Shown one piece after another: positions 22,911 through 35,974 of a DNA stretch of 64,000 nucleotides. Position numbers and translations under genes: made by a program. Source of the stretch: Mobula birostris (Eukaryota); contig NC_092370.1 in assembly GCF_030028105.1 (NCBI RefSeq), positions 108,700,793-108,764,792 on the forward strand, in the 5' to 3' direction. Each line of letters begins with the position of its first letter. Positions within the stretch are counted from its first letter, which is position 1. A model generated the notes under the pieces. It was not told the origin of the DNA. It did no database searches and was given only the letters and a program-made list of their open reading frames with translations.

Positions 22911-25906
22911 TGAATGTCACTAATCTAGATGCTGGTCCACTCATTTAACTTTGATGTTAACACGGGCTACAAGAGTATGTAACATGGAACTGTTAAATTT
23001 ACTGGTGTGTGTGCTTTCCTGGGGTGTAAATTATACACATCAGTGTGCTTTTGTGGACAAGATCTACTTGCACTCAAATTTCTTGCCAGTTTCATTATGT
23101 GTTATTTTTAAGAATCAGCATAGATTATGGAACCAAACCTGTACCCTATATTCCTACTTTAATGATGAATTATTTCAATTTTCTAAACAATTTATCAATT
23201 TGTCCACATTAACAACAGCAAATTTTGGACTGGACAATTTTTAATATAGCTCGTATTAATGCTGTAGATATTTTAGAGTCCTAATGACCAGTGATATGCT
23301 AAAGAGTTTGAAAGATATTTAATTTATAACTCTGCCATCTGCATTGCTATAGTTTTTGAATTGTTTATGATCCCAGAATAACCTATAAAAATCATTGTTT
23401 GACAACATAAACGTTGGAGCAATCTTTGGAATGCCTTTATTCCCTATATGAATTGAATACCACTCTCTCCGATGCCTTCGTCAGGCTGCAAGGCACAGGA
23501 GTACCACCAACTGAAATGAGGGAATTGCTTATGCATACGTCACCATCACAAATTAAAGCATATAACGGTGTAAACTCGAAATTGTTGCTTCAGGAAGTTT
23601 ATAACTGAAGACTTAGCAAAAATCCTTATCTCACAGCAAAAAAAAATAAGGTAAACCCTGTGACTTATTGTAAAGCTGGTAAAAGACAGTGATGTTTACT
23701 GTTGTTCAGCAGGAGCTTTACAACTTTAGTTTTGGTACCTATTATCAAGAAAAGGAAGTGAATCTTAAAGGTGCTATTTTTAGTTTGTAATTTTACTGCA
23801 AGGCCAGTTTCCCATGGTTTTTGCATTCGATCTAATTGCTGAGTAATAACGTGCATCCTTGCTTATTCATTTACGATATTTATAATGTATTTAAAGAGAG
23901 CAAAATTTCTACTACCTAGGTCATGCTTTGCAGGACATTTCCCTTATACATGTGTATAAAGATGTAAAATAGTGGCAAGCATGTATATCTCAATACAGCA
24001 GTATACAACCTGGTATCTCTTGTGAAACGTCACTTTCCTATTGTGTTTCTTTACAATTAGTTTTCTTCACCATTGCGGTAATTCTCTATAGTCCTACAAT
24101 TCTCTGAGAACTCTTCCACTGACCCTAGCATCTTGTGCCCCTCTAATTCCCATTGCCTCAATGACTGATGTCTCCCTTTACATACCTTTGTTTACAGCGG
24201 ACTAGTAATTGCATTTTTGCTGGCTATGCAGAAATCATAGCTGGTGACTTTTAATAAATGAATAAAAGTAAAGAATTCCTCATTTTATGTATATTTACTT
24301 ATGATAACTTTGAATACATCAGCTGGTACTGATCACATTTTTGCACAAGCTGGACCCTGTACATTCTCATCATTGTCCTGGAGCTCAATCCTCCAACAAT
24401 ATGATTAGGCAAGATCAGAATACCTTACTAACTGAGAGGTCTCATCTTTAATGTAAAGCTGCACTTCCATCGCCAATAAAAAGTACAGATTACATTTCGA
24501 AGTAACAGTAAGTTTCACATTTCACTTCCCTAGTTTGAGCAAACAGGATTTCAACTATCTTCCTTTCTCATATTTTTATCTGTTACCTGTTTGATAACAT
24601 TTTTAAGAATACAAAGTCATAATTCAGATACACATTCCAGGTGATTAAATACAAATTCAATAGTTCTGTAATGACTTGATCTCAGTCAATTTTTAAATGT
24701 GTAGGCGGAGCAAAACAATTTCACATCTGTTTTACTCATTTTAGCTTGGGGAAATAAAAACTAAAAAAATGATTTCTCTCAGTCGATTTAAAAACTAACT
24801 CAATGCCACTTGCAATGGACAATTCCTGGATATCAGTTTTTCTAAAAATGAAAAAAATCAGCCATAAAATTTAAAAGAATACTGCAGCTTTGTGGACATC
24901 TATCATTCTTTCTCTTTCTCCTTCTCATTCTCGTTAACTATTTCTCGCTCTTTCTACTCTCATTTACTCGTTTTCTCCTTTTCCTTCTCTCTTCCATCTT
25001 CCCCATTTGAAATTTGAAGTTGGTGTTTCAAAATTCAAGAACCCTGATCCAATAATATAGCCACTGATAGCCACTCTTTCTCTAGGCACTGCTACAGCAT
25101 CATTGTCAATGAAAGTTTCCTTCTAAATCAAGGAATTTTTGAATTCTTGGAATATCCTCTTTTCACCTTACTCTCTTCCTCATTGCCCACTTCTTTGTGA
25201 AGGCTATTGATTACTTTGTCTAATCACATTTCTTTGGTTTGGCATCCATTTTACCTGATTTTTACTTTGTTGAATTTCCCTGAGTGATATTTCAATAGTA
25301 GAAAAGTTGTAGAAACATACTGAGTGAGAGAAGAGTGAATTAATCCTTGTATATTATGAGATGAAATATGTTAATATACATGTAGACGAGAGAACTTGAT
25401 ACAAACTTTTTAGAGGAATTGCACAGCATTATGAAGAATATTTTTGAAGTATGCATTATTTTACTTTTAAACACTAAAATTAGAGAATAATGAAAACAAA
25501 AGTAGAAACTAAATCAGCCGAAAGCAATCATACATTCCATACAGTCAGAAAACAAAGGTAAATTGAACTACAGTACTGGAGTAGGTAGTGAATAGCAAGA
25601 AGATAAGATTCATTACAACTTAAGGGTGGCCAGAAATAAATAGGAACTGCTAACATTTTGAGTCTGCAGAATTACAGATTCAATTGATACCAGATCCTGA
25701 GATGACAGATTAGTAGCTAAAATCTTAAGGTATATTCATTGCAGTACCAGTAAGAAGATCCTAGGTTTGATTTCTCCTTCATCATGGATTGGTTAACTTT
25801 GGTAGGGCAAGATGAATCACTCTTATTGACCCTGGATGGCAAAGGATAGCACAATTCAAGCAGGGTTCCATCTGGTAACCATATAAGTTGAAGGTTTCAA
25901 GTGAAT

Positions 25907-26800
25907 AGTCATAGTCATAGTCATACTTTATTGATCCCGGGGGAAATTGGTTTTCGTTACAGTTGCACCATAAATAATTAGATAGTAATAAAACCATAAA
26001 TAATTAAATAGTAATATTTAAATTATGCCAGGAAATAAGTCCAGGACCAGCCTATTGGCTCAGGGTGTCTGACCCTCCAAGGGAGGAGTTGTAAAGTTTG
26101 ATGGCCACAGGCAGGAATGACTGCCTATGACGCTCAGTGTTGCATCTCGGTGGAATGAGTCTCTGGCTGAATGTACTCCTGTGCCCAACCAGTCCATTGT
26201 GTAGTGGATGGGAGACATTATCCAAGATGGCATGCAACTTGGACAGCATCCTCTTTTCAGACACCACCATCAGAGAGTCCAGTTCCATCCCCACATCATA
26301 ACGGGCCTTCCGAATGAGTTTGTTGATTCTGTTGGTGTCTGCTACCCTCAGCCTGCTACCCCAGCACACAACAGCAAACATGATAGCACTGGCCACCACA
26401 GACTCGTAGAACATCTTCAGCATCGTCCGACAGATGTTAAAGGACCTCAGTCTCCTCAAGAAATAGAGACGACTCTGACCCTTCTTGTAGACAGCCTCAG
26501 TGTTCTTTGACCAGTCCAGTTTATTGTCAGTTCGTATCCCCAGGTATTTTGTAATCCTCCACCATGTCCACACTGACCCCCTGGATGGGAACAGGGGTCA
26601 CCGGTGCCTTAACCCTCCTCAGGTCTACCACCAGCTCCTTAGTTTTTTTCACATTAAGCTGCAGATAATTCTGCTCACACCATGTGACAAAGTTTCCTAC
26701 CGTAGCCCTGCACTCAGCCTCATCTCCCTTGCTGATGCATCCAACTATGGCAGAGTCATCTGCAAACTTCTGAAGATGACAAAATTCTGTGCAGTAGTTG
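25907..26800 (-). mobile_element. Rex1/Babar-like LINE 3' part, relatively young
   Basis: ORF 26052-26573(-): KYLGI..DNKLDWSKNT...SRLYFLRRLRSF...FYESVVAS. (gactat)n microsatellite tail at 25907-25925. Confidence 0.88.
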
Positions 26801-27876
26801 ACTTGGTGCTTTTAATATCTGAGCTATGCCATGCTCATTCTCATTTCTGGTTGATCACCATACTGACAGACATTACTTTGGGCAATAAGGAACAGATACC
26901 TGAATGCAGAAAAAGAATTGTTGAAGCTGCCGTAGACATTAGGCCAGGATTCCTGCACTTTGTAATAGAGGGTCTTAATGTGTAGATGATATAATGAAGG
27001 TGAGACCAAACTTGGTTTTAATATTTTCCCCTACAGAAAATATTAAAACCTAGTGGCTGATTTAGGTATCACGTTTAACTTTGTCTTTGAGGCAACAGCC
27101 TCACAGTGGAATGAATGTTTACAGATTGTATGATTCCTTTTGAAATAGAACTCAAACCTAGAAACACATGATTGACAATTGATAAAACTGCTGAATGAAT
27201 TCGATGGCACTTAATACTGGAATGCAGAAATTACACAAAAACTTGTTTTTACCTGAGCATTTTAATATCTTATTGGGGAATCTAGTTTGATGCAGTGGAT
27301 ATCTGTTACTGCTTGTTTTGTTGCACCTCCTGACAACTGAGGATTGGATATGTTGAATAGTTCACAATGGTATCAAACCTCTGCTGACTGTAGGCATTAT
27401 ACTACCGTTACACGTGGAGGACCTTTCAAAGATTGGCAATAATCAAGGGTCACCTTGCCCTTGGAGCTGGAGAATATTGCCAAACAAATAATGACCCGGC
27501 AAAATATGAAGGGGAGTTAGAACCGCTGTACGGTCATAAAGACAGGAGTAACATTCTGATCCCAAGTATCCTTGTAAGACCCGTAAGTAATAAGGAACTG
27601 GGTTATCCATGCCTCTTTAAATATACATGACTTTAAGGAAACCCTATGGCAAGAGATAAGGTACTTAGCAAAAGTAAAGCTAGACCTGTACCACAGAGTT
27701 AAAATGTAGTGTGGTACCCATTATCCAAAATTAATGTTCTGGAGATGGTGAATTTGAATCCCAATATAGCAATGGAAAAGGAGGTAATAGTGATAATAGA
27801 GCTGTTGGGGTATTGCAAGAGTCCAAGTGATAAACTACAGTCCATAAGCAGATGAAACCAGGCAAACTTAGCCAAT

Positions 27877-28416
27877 TAGAACATAGAACATAGAAACCTA
27901 CAGCACATTTCTGGCCCACAATGTTGTGCCGACCATGTAACCTACTCTAGGAACTGCCTAGAGTTACCCTACCGCATAGCCCACTATTTTTCTAAGCTCT
28001 GTATACCTATCTCTTAAAAGACCCTGTTCTATCTGGCTCCACCACCATTGCTGGCAGTGCATTCCATGCACCCACCTCTCTCTGTGTGAAAAACTTATCT
28101 CTGGCATCTCCTCTGTACCTGCTTCCAAGCACGTTAAAACTATGCCCCCTCGTGTTAGCCATTTCAGCTCTGGGAAAAAGCCACAATCAATGCTGTCATC
28201 ATCTTATACACCTCTCATCGTCCATTGCTCCCAGGATAAAAGGCCAAGTTCACTCAACCTATTCTCATAAGGCACACTGTCCAATCCAGGCAACATCCCT
28301 GTAAATCTCCTCTGCACCCTTGCTATAGTATCCACATCTTTCCTGTAGTGAGGTGACCAGAACTGAACACAGTACTCCAAGTGGGGTCTGACCAAGATCT
28401 TGTATAGCTGTAACAA
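27877..28416 (-). mobile_element. CR1/HER1 3' end
   Basis: ORF 28204-28416(-): LQLYKILVRPHLEYCVQFWSPHYRKD. Tail (agaacat)n. Confidence 0.9.
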
Positions 28417-28690
28417 TTGTGACTTACTTGTTAACTCTTAAAATATTAAAGTGTTATTCTTAAGAAAAACCCTGAAGTGTCTGAGTTTAAAAATAATTAC
28501 AAAACCCTCAAACAGCTATTTTCTTTTAACTTGGAAGGGTAAATCATTTTGATCAGAGTAATATGTGAAACAAATTTGGAAGAATAAGATCACTTGGCAG
28601 AAAATTGGGTTCAAAGATAAAAGGAATTTAAGTCTAAAAATTTGTATCAGTGTTTAAGTATCATAATCCATCTTTATTTGTGTTTTACAG

Positions 28691-28777
28691 AAAAGTACTG
28701 CAGAGAACACCTCAATAAACCAGTTCAGGTGCCATCAGTGGATAGTAGTGGCCCAAAGAGCACATGTGGTACTTCAG
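28691..28777 (+). CDS. MYD88: MyD88 coding exon 2 (intermediate domain, 87 nt)
   Basis: Acceptor tgttttacag|, donor TCAG|gtaaga. Encodes (E)KYCREHLNKPVQVPSVDSSGPKSTCGTS(G), matching the MyD88 KP.QV..VDSS motif. Phase 1-1 joins exons 1 and 3 in frame. Confidence 0.93.
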
Positions 28778-28959
28778 GTAAGATCATTTTTCTTACAGGA
28801 GAACAAAGTAACGCTGTTAATATTTGTCACAGCGAGGATTGTTCTTCCTTCCGTTTAAAGATCTAAGCATCCAAGGATGAGTTTTAAAAATAAATATTCT
28901 TGGCTATAACCCTAATGTATGACCTTGATTGCAGCTGAGGACAGTACTATGATGCACCT

Positions 28960-29270
28960 GAGATAATTTCATATCTCTGGTACTGTTTGAGTGAAGTTCG
29001 TACATTCTTCCTTTGGCTGTGTTTCAACCATAGGATTGAACCAAATATATGAATCACATAGCAACATTTCTAAGACATGCCAAGTGTAGATAAAATTAGC
29101 CACTATAAATTGCACCTTACATATAGATAGGTGGTTAAAAGCTGAAGGGACTTGATGAAAAATGGGAAGAATAAATCACAGGAAAACTGAGTGGGAGAAT
29201 AATATTGCTCTCTGAACCAGCAAAGACAAAATGGACTGAAATGACCGCTTTTGATGTTATGTGGAAATAT
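28960..29270 (+). mobile_element. Degenerate V-SINE/HE1-like SINE
   Basis: gtgaagttcgtacattcttcc ... aagacatgc ... aattagccactataaattgc resembles the V-domain SINE layout. Confidence 0.4.
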
Positions 29271-29989
29271 AGACCTGCTTCCTAACTAAAAGCTAAATAA
29301 CTATTATGAGAAAAGGTTTTGGACAATGATTAGAGAAATTTCATAATAATTACTAACTCTGTTGGGTTTATGAGATAGTGAAGAATCATTTCAAAAAGTT
29401 AATTTGTTTTAGCTTGTTTAGACAAAATTAAATCAGACTGTAAGTTATGAAGTATATTGAGGATGAACGTGAAATGATAACCTTGCTATCATGTGTATTT
29501 TATGTAATAACATGCAACTATTGGTCCAAAGCAGAGAACTAAAGCAGTGTAAACATATTTACAGAGAAACATAATGGTCTAATGCTTCAAATTTAGGATT
29601 TTATTTTCTTGGCTATAGTGATGCACCTCTGAAAATATAATACAGCTAGCTCATTTCTGCTGTCTATGTCATACATAAAACCTAAAGGTAAATTCAGTAT
29701 TTCCACCTGATCAATAGGAAGCCATCTGATGAAAGGGATTCAGCTTTTTCTTTGTTTACAAAGATAGTGAGAGGTAACATAGTGTAAAATCATCTAATCA
29801 AAATAATAGGTTTTGTGTGTGGTAAAATTTCAGCTGTCCTTCATTTTAATGGTCAGCACTTACTTGAAAAAAATGGAATCTATCTGGTTTCCCAACTACT
29901 TCTTGGTAGCTGGAAGGACCCAATATTGCTGGAATTGTTGACCATAGCTAGTAATTAATCAGTTGATCCACAGCAGATGCATTGACTAC

Positions 29990-30510
29990 AAGGGTTAGTG
30001 CATCATTGGAATACTATGTGCAGTTTTGGTCACTATACTATAGGAAGGATATGATTAAGTTACACGATACAGAAAATAATCACAAAGATGTTTGCCAGGA
30101 CTGAAGGGCTTGAATACTGGATAGACTGGGACCATTTCTCTTGAAGGATGCTGAGGGGTGACCTTGTAGAGATTTATAAAATTATGAGTACCATAGGTTA
30201 TGTGGAAAGTTAGTTCCACTCCCCCTGGGGTAGAGTACTCTAAAGCTAAAGGGCATAGGTTAAAGGTGAGAGGGGTAAAATTTACAAGGGAGCTGAATAA
30301 AACATATTTCATAGAGAGGGTGGCGGGTAGCTGCTAGAAGAAGTGGTAGAGATGGGTAGAATTACAACATTTAAAACATTTAGGGAGGTTTCTGGATTGG
30401 AAAGGTTGAGAAGAAAATGGGCCTGATGAAGTCAAATGGAATGAGCTCAGGAAGGCACCTAAGTCGGCATGGACAAGTTGGGCTGAAGGACCTGTATGAC
30501 TGAAATGTGA
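29990..30510 (+). mobile_element. Degenerate CR1 3' end in MYD88 intron 2
   Basis: ttggaatactatgtgcagttttggtc...aggggtgaccttgtagagatttataaaattatg...gggctgaaggacctgt. Confidence 0.8.
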
Positions 30511-30725
30511 AGCACAATCTATTCTGTAAATACTGGAAACCCAGAGCAACACATACAAAAGTGCTGGGGGAACTCAACAGGACAGAGAGAAACAAACAGT
30601 TGACACATCGCCAAGACCCTGCATGGGAACTTGAAAGGAAGGGGGAAGAAGCCAGAATAAGCAAGTGGGGGAGGGGAAGGAGTACAAGCTGGCAAGTGAT
30701 AGGTGATATCAGGTGAGGGAAAACT
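30510..30725 (-). mobile_element. Penelope 3' terminal fragment
   Basis: ttctgtaaatactggaaacccagagcaacacatacaaaagtgctgggggaactcaacagg, similar to 37774-37980. Confidence 0.65.
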
Positions 30726-30786
30726 ACTAGCGGAGGAATTCTTTCAGAGCTGTAGGGTATGCATGTACCAGGTGATGGATTAATAA

Positions 30787-31038
<252 letters not shown>

Positions 31039-31896
31039 TGACCACATTAGCAGAGAACTTAGTGTGTCAGTAGTTTGTCATGGGGAATAAGGAGAGTCGT
31101 TCACTATGTTTCTTGAGATTGAGGCATTCAGGCCCATCTTTCCCTTATCAGATGGTCCATCGCAAATGAAATTGTTAACCAATCATTAGCAATTAGTCCC
31201 CATTTACTAGACTACAACAGATCCAGACACAAGGTCTGGATCCCAGCCTCCCAACATTTAAAACCTTAGGAAGACACATGACACCACGTCTTCCCAAGCA
31301 TGCAATACCTCCTGGATATTATGTCTTCTTAGGCTTCGTACAGCATTGTTCTGAAATTAAAATATGTTGGAATCTTTTCTGATACCCTACTCAGAATTCT
31401 TATTCATAAGTATATCTTAACAACATGGCTTGGCAGGAAGCTCAAAATCAAGGAAGGTCATCTGCTAACATAATTCAGGTTCCTCTGCACAGATCATTGA
31501 GTAGCAATGAGGAGCAGAACCCAGAGTTAATATGTCTTTTTCACCCTAGTCGAATATATTCTCCCTAGATATTTCATCTTGTAAGCAATAAATGCAACAG
31601 AGTTTCAAAGATTGAAATTGGAAGCACTCAGAGTGCCTCAGCCAGAAAAGTTTGCTGAGTCATTTGTGGGATGTGATTCAAGCACTAGGAAGTCAAACTG
31701 AAATATTTTTGAATGGTGGATTGAGATCTGAAAGTACATTTCCATAACCGTGATAAATATGTTCGTTCAATTAAGAAAATGTGTTAATAATCAATATTGA
31801 GAGCTTTTTTTAGCATGGATTGATGCCAAGGATGAATACTGAAAAGATGAATTAGAATGGTCACTTACTTCCTCATTTTTGCATGTTGAAATGTTT

Positions 31897-32590
31897 TGAT
31901 TGAATTGACTTTATTTCTTACATCCTTCACATACATGAGGAGTAAAAATCTTTATGTTACGTCTATGTCTGAATGTGCACTGTGCAAATTATAGTAATTT
32001 GTAATAAATAGTATGTATAGTAAGATGTACAACAGAAAAGTCAGTATAGCTGAGAGATACAATTGTCAGTCTGATGGCCTGTTTATGGTTGGGATGACTT
32101 GGGTCCCCAATGATCCTCCGGGTCCTTTTTATGCACCTGTCACTGCAAATGTCCTGAACTGTGGGAAGTTCACATCCACAGATGTGCTGGGCTGTCCGCA
32201 CCACTCTCTGCAGAGTCCTGCGATTGAGGGAAGTACATTTCCCATATTAGGCAGTGGTACAGGCAGTCAGGATGCTCTAAATTGTGCACCTGTAGAAAGT
32301 CCTTAAGATTTGGGCACTCATGCTGAACATCTTCAACCATCTGAGGTGAAAGAGGCGCTGTTTCACCACACAGCTGGTATGTACAGACCAGTTGAGGTCC
32401 TCGGTAATATGTATGCCAAGGAACTTAAAGCCGTCACCCTCTCAACCCCAGATCCATTGACGTCAACAGGGGTTAACCTTGTCTCCATCCTACCTGTAGT
32501 CCACAACCAGCTCCTTTGTTTTGGAGACATTGAGGGAGAGGTATTTTTTTTTTTCTGACACCACTGTGTTCGGATGATGACTTCAGGGTG
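31897..32590 (-). mobile_element. Rex1/Babar-like LINE 3' part in MYD88 intron 3
   Basis: ORFs 31989-32204 and 32363-32620(-): RVVRTAQHICG.ELP...RIIGDPSHP and VDVNGSGVERV. Confidence 0.8.
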
Positions 32591-32790
32591 AGGATTGCCC
32601 TCACTTCTATTCCAGGCCATCTCATCACATTTTGCCAGTAATTATATTTTATCTGTGGACTCCAGTGATCTATAACAAATAATCTTTTTATAATTGATTA
32701 CACTTGTGGGGAACTTTTCCTACTTGAAATTGACGTCAGACAGGGAAGGAAGTTAGTGGTAGTGACTAAAGTACTAAAATTAAATACTAG

Positions 32791-33006
<216 letters not shown>

Positions 33007-33671
33007 TAACTTTTCCATCTTCTCTTTACGAATTTCACACCAATTCATCTTTTTCACTGGTTTGTTCAACATTTGATCTCTTGCTTCAACCTTTGAGCTT
33101 CTCAATTTTTCTCTAATTGAATACTGTTTTATTTTTTAAGAAGTGATATTTACCACAAAGTTTTTCTGTTTTTCACTTGTGAGTGCATAGGCACTCTCCT
33201 CCATTCCGTCATTGAATGATGCCTTGGGAAGCCTTTCCGATTTCCGTAGCAGTTATGGCAAAAATGCATCTTCGTGGAAGCAGTAGAGCCATGCAAACAA
33301 CAAGGTGTAGCAGGGAGTAAAGCAGCTTACTAGCTACCTCCTTGGTACTCTACAGGGTATATCACTGAACCAAACCATACAGAGCTGATTCTGGATATGT
33401 GTGCTCAGCATTGAACCAATTTCAGGCAGAGATTCTGAGTGTGCTGGGACCGCTTCGTGAAGCTCCTTTGCTCTGTCTGCCCAAAAGGCGGGATTTCCCA
33501 AATTGCTACCCATTTCAATTGCTTGAGTTCCTCCGGCATTTTCAGTGTGGTGCTGGATAAAAGCTGGTTTCTGATTTGTATTTTCTGCAGACTTGCTGTA
33601 ATTCAAATTCTATCCAAGGTATAGTCTTAAGTGAAGATAAGTGGAGAAGTAAGATAGTCGACTGGATGTAG

Positions 33672-33872
<201 letters not shown>

Positions 33873-35370
33873 GAGTGCCTAGACAAGGAATGAAACCACT
33901 CAAGTTGATTGGAGTAAAAATTGTATGGGGATTCTACAATAAGATCACTCAGTGAACTATACTCAAGGACTGGCTCTGTTATATTAACTACTTTATGCTT
34001 TCTTCAGTGTTAAAATAACTGAATACCTTTCATCCAGGGGCCAGATTTAATTTAAATGAAAGGAAGTTTTGGAGCAAGTATAATAATGGTTTAGAACATG
34101 TTGCACAGGAAATGCAAACTATGAACTGCCACATGGAAACATCAAACACCATATCTATGCCTTTAAATCAAGCAACCGAAAAGCCTGTAATTAGATTAGA
34201 TATTCTATTTGACCAATTGTGTTTTCACGGGCTCAAAATAGAGCACCTGCTTCTTTCTTTTACCTCTTCCAACCCATGAGAAGATAGTGGCTAGTTATTT
34301 TGTGATAACTTACATTATAAATTACTTCACAATCTAAAATGTTGGCTTTATTGGAGGTAGCCATATAGTCCCCATGGTTACTGAAAATTCAAGCAATACA
34401 GTTGCAGACAAGGTAGTACAATTGTTATTTGTTGCAAGTTCTTCAGACTTCAGGTTAAAAATTGACCTGATGTCAAATGATGATCTTCTTTCAAAGTGGC
34501 ACATGTACTCCTAACTGATATTACAAATTGCATAAAGTGGCAAATAATATCCATTTAGTTTGGAATAAATACATACATTCTCTAATGATTGTATTAATAG
34601 GCTATTCTAGAGTAACAATCCAGGGAGTGAGAGTTCAAAATTTGTTTATTTTCTACAAATGCAACCAAGGGAAGACTGATAAAGCACTTAAAATTGGTTA
34701 AAAAAAAGACTTAATTAAAGTAGACATTAAACCATTTCCACTTTTCACAAGAATTCCAAGATGGGAGGCCATAAACAAAAGATATTCACTAATAATTTCA
34801 ACAGTTGAATCTGTGAAATATTTTTCCACATTGCGTAATGTGTATCGTTGAGGTGTGCACTTCATTGAAGTGGAAATTACATGAACACAGGAGCTGCGAA
34901 GAGGAGGAGAAAATGTTGAATTAGTAAACGAAGAAGGGAAAGAAGAGGCTTATGTGGAAAATTTGCTGATTGGCTTGAAAATTCATTAAAAGTTAGCTTT
35001 AAGGCATTATGGAAAACCATAATGTTTTGTGGAGTATAAAATCTACCATCCTTGTTCAATGGCCTATTTGTTATACCAGTTCCAAACCATTATTGTTGAT
35101 TCCAAACTGCTTTCTGAAGTGATTTATTTAACTATTCAGTTGTATCAAGCTCCTGTCAATACTTCCGAGGGCAACTAGAAATGGGGTGAAAACTACCTTC
35201 ACTAATGGTGTCCATATCAGTGAATGAGAGCTTGCTATCTGACAGAGAATTTGTAGTCAATAGTTGGAACATTAATAATTTCATCTGCATTTTAGAAAAT
35301 GCAATAGAAAGTAGGCTTTTTCCTTTCGACACTGTGGGTATAACTTTTAACCTGCACATTTATTTGTTCA

Positions 35371-35476
35371 CAAGCAAGAGAAAATCTGCAGGTGCTGGAA
35401 ATCCAAGCAACACACACAAAATGCTGGAGGCACTCAGCAGGCCAGGCAGCATCTATGGAAAAGAATACGGTTGATG
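35371..35476 (-). mobile_element. Penelope-terminus short insertion with 11-bp TSD
   Basis: Flanked by ttatttgttca at 35360-35370 and 35477-35487. Confidence 0.8.
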
Positions 35477-35974
35477 TTATTTGTTCAATTTTTTTGCTAT
35501 GGTTTTATGCATTATTAATAAAATCACTTTTTTACACAATTTTTGTTTTCCTTTTTTCGAAACACCAATAAACACTTTGCGGAAGTTTGTTTATCAATTT
35601 CTAATGATTGTTATCATAACACTGCCTTGTATAGTAAATCAAATTCACATGGAAGACATTTAAAAAAAAATTTACATATGGTTTTGTCAAAGGGAAGTTG
35701 TGTTTGTGAGGATGAATGAAAGGGGGCCAATGAAAGTACAAAACTGAATTAACAAAAGACATTCCACGAAGTGTCAGGGAGAAAAAAATATTGCACAAAG
35801 AGTTTGTGGCTTTGTGTTATAGATCATGGAACCAGGCCTTTCAGTCCAATTTCGTCCATATCAGCAATCAGCTTGTACCTTCTGCCTGCATTTGGCTTGC
35901 AGTCCTCTAAAAGTCTCCCACTTGTTACTTGTCTAAATGGCTTTAAAATTTTGTTAATTTAACTTTGTAGGTTA

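Noticed and set aside
24900-25005. Pyrimidine-rich tract, plus short (CT)n and poly-C/G runs at ~48737, 59373, 61982 and 63255
   Set aside because: Ordinary low-complexity sequence.
34564-35572. AATAAA hexamers (34564, 35517, 35567) as the MYD88 polyadenylation signal
   Set aside because: Several candidates in AT-rich DNA; cannot choose without 3'-end data.
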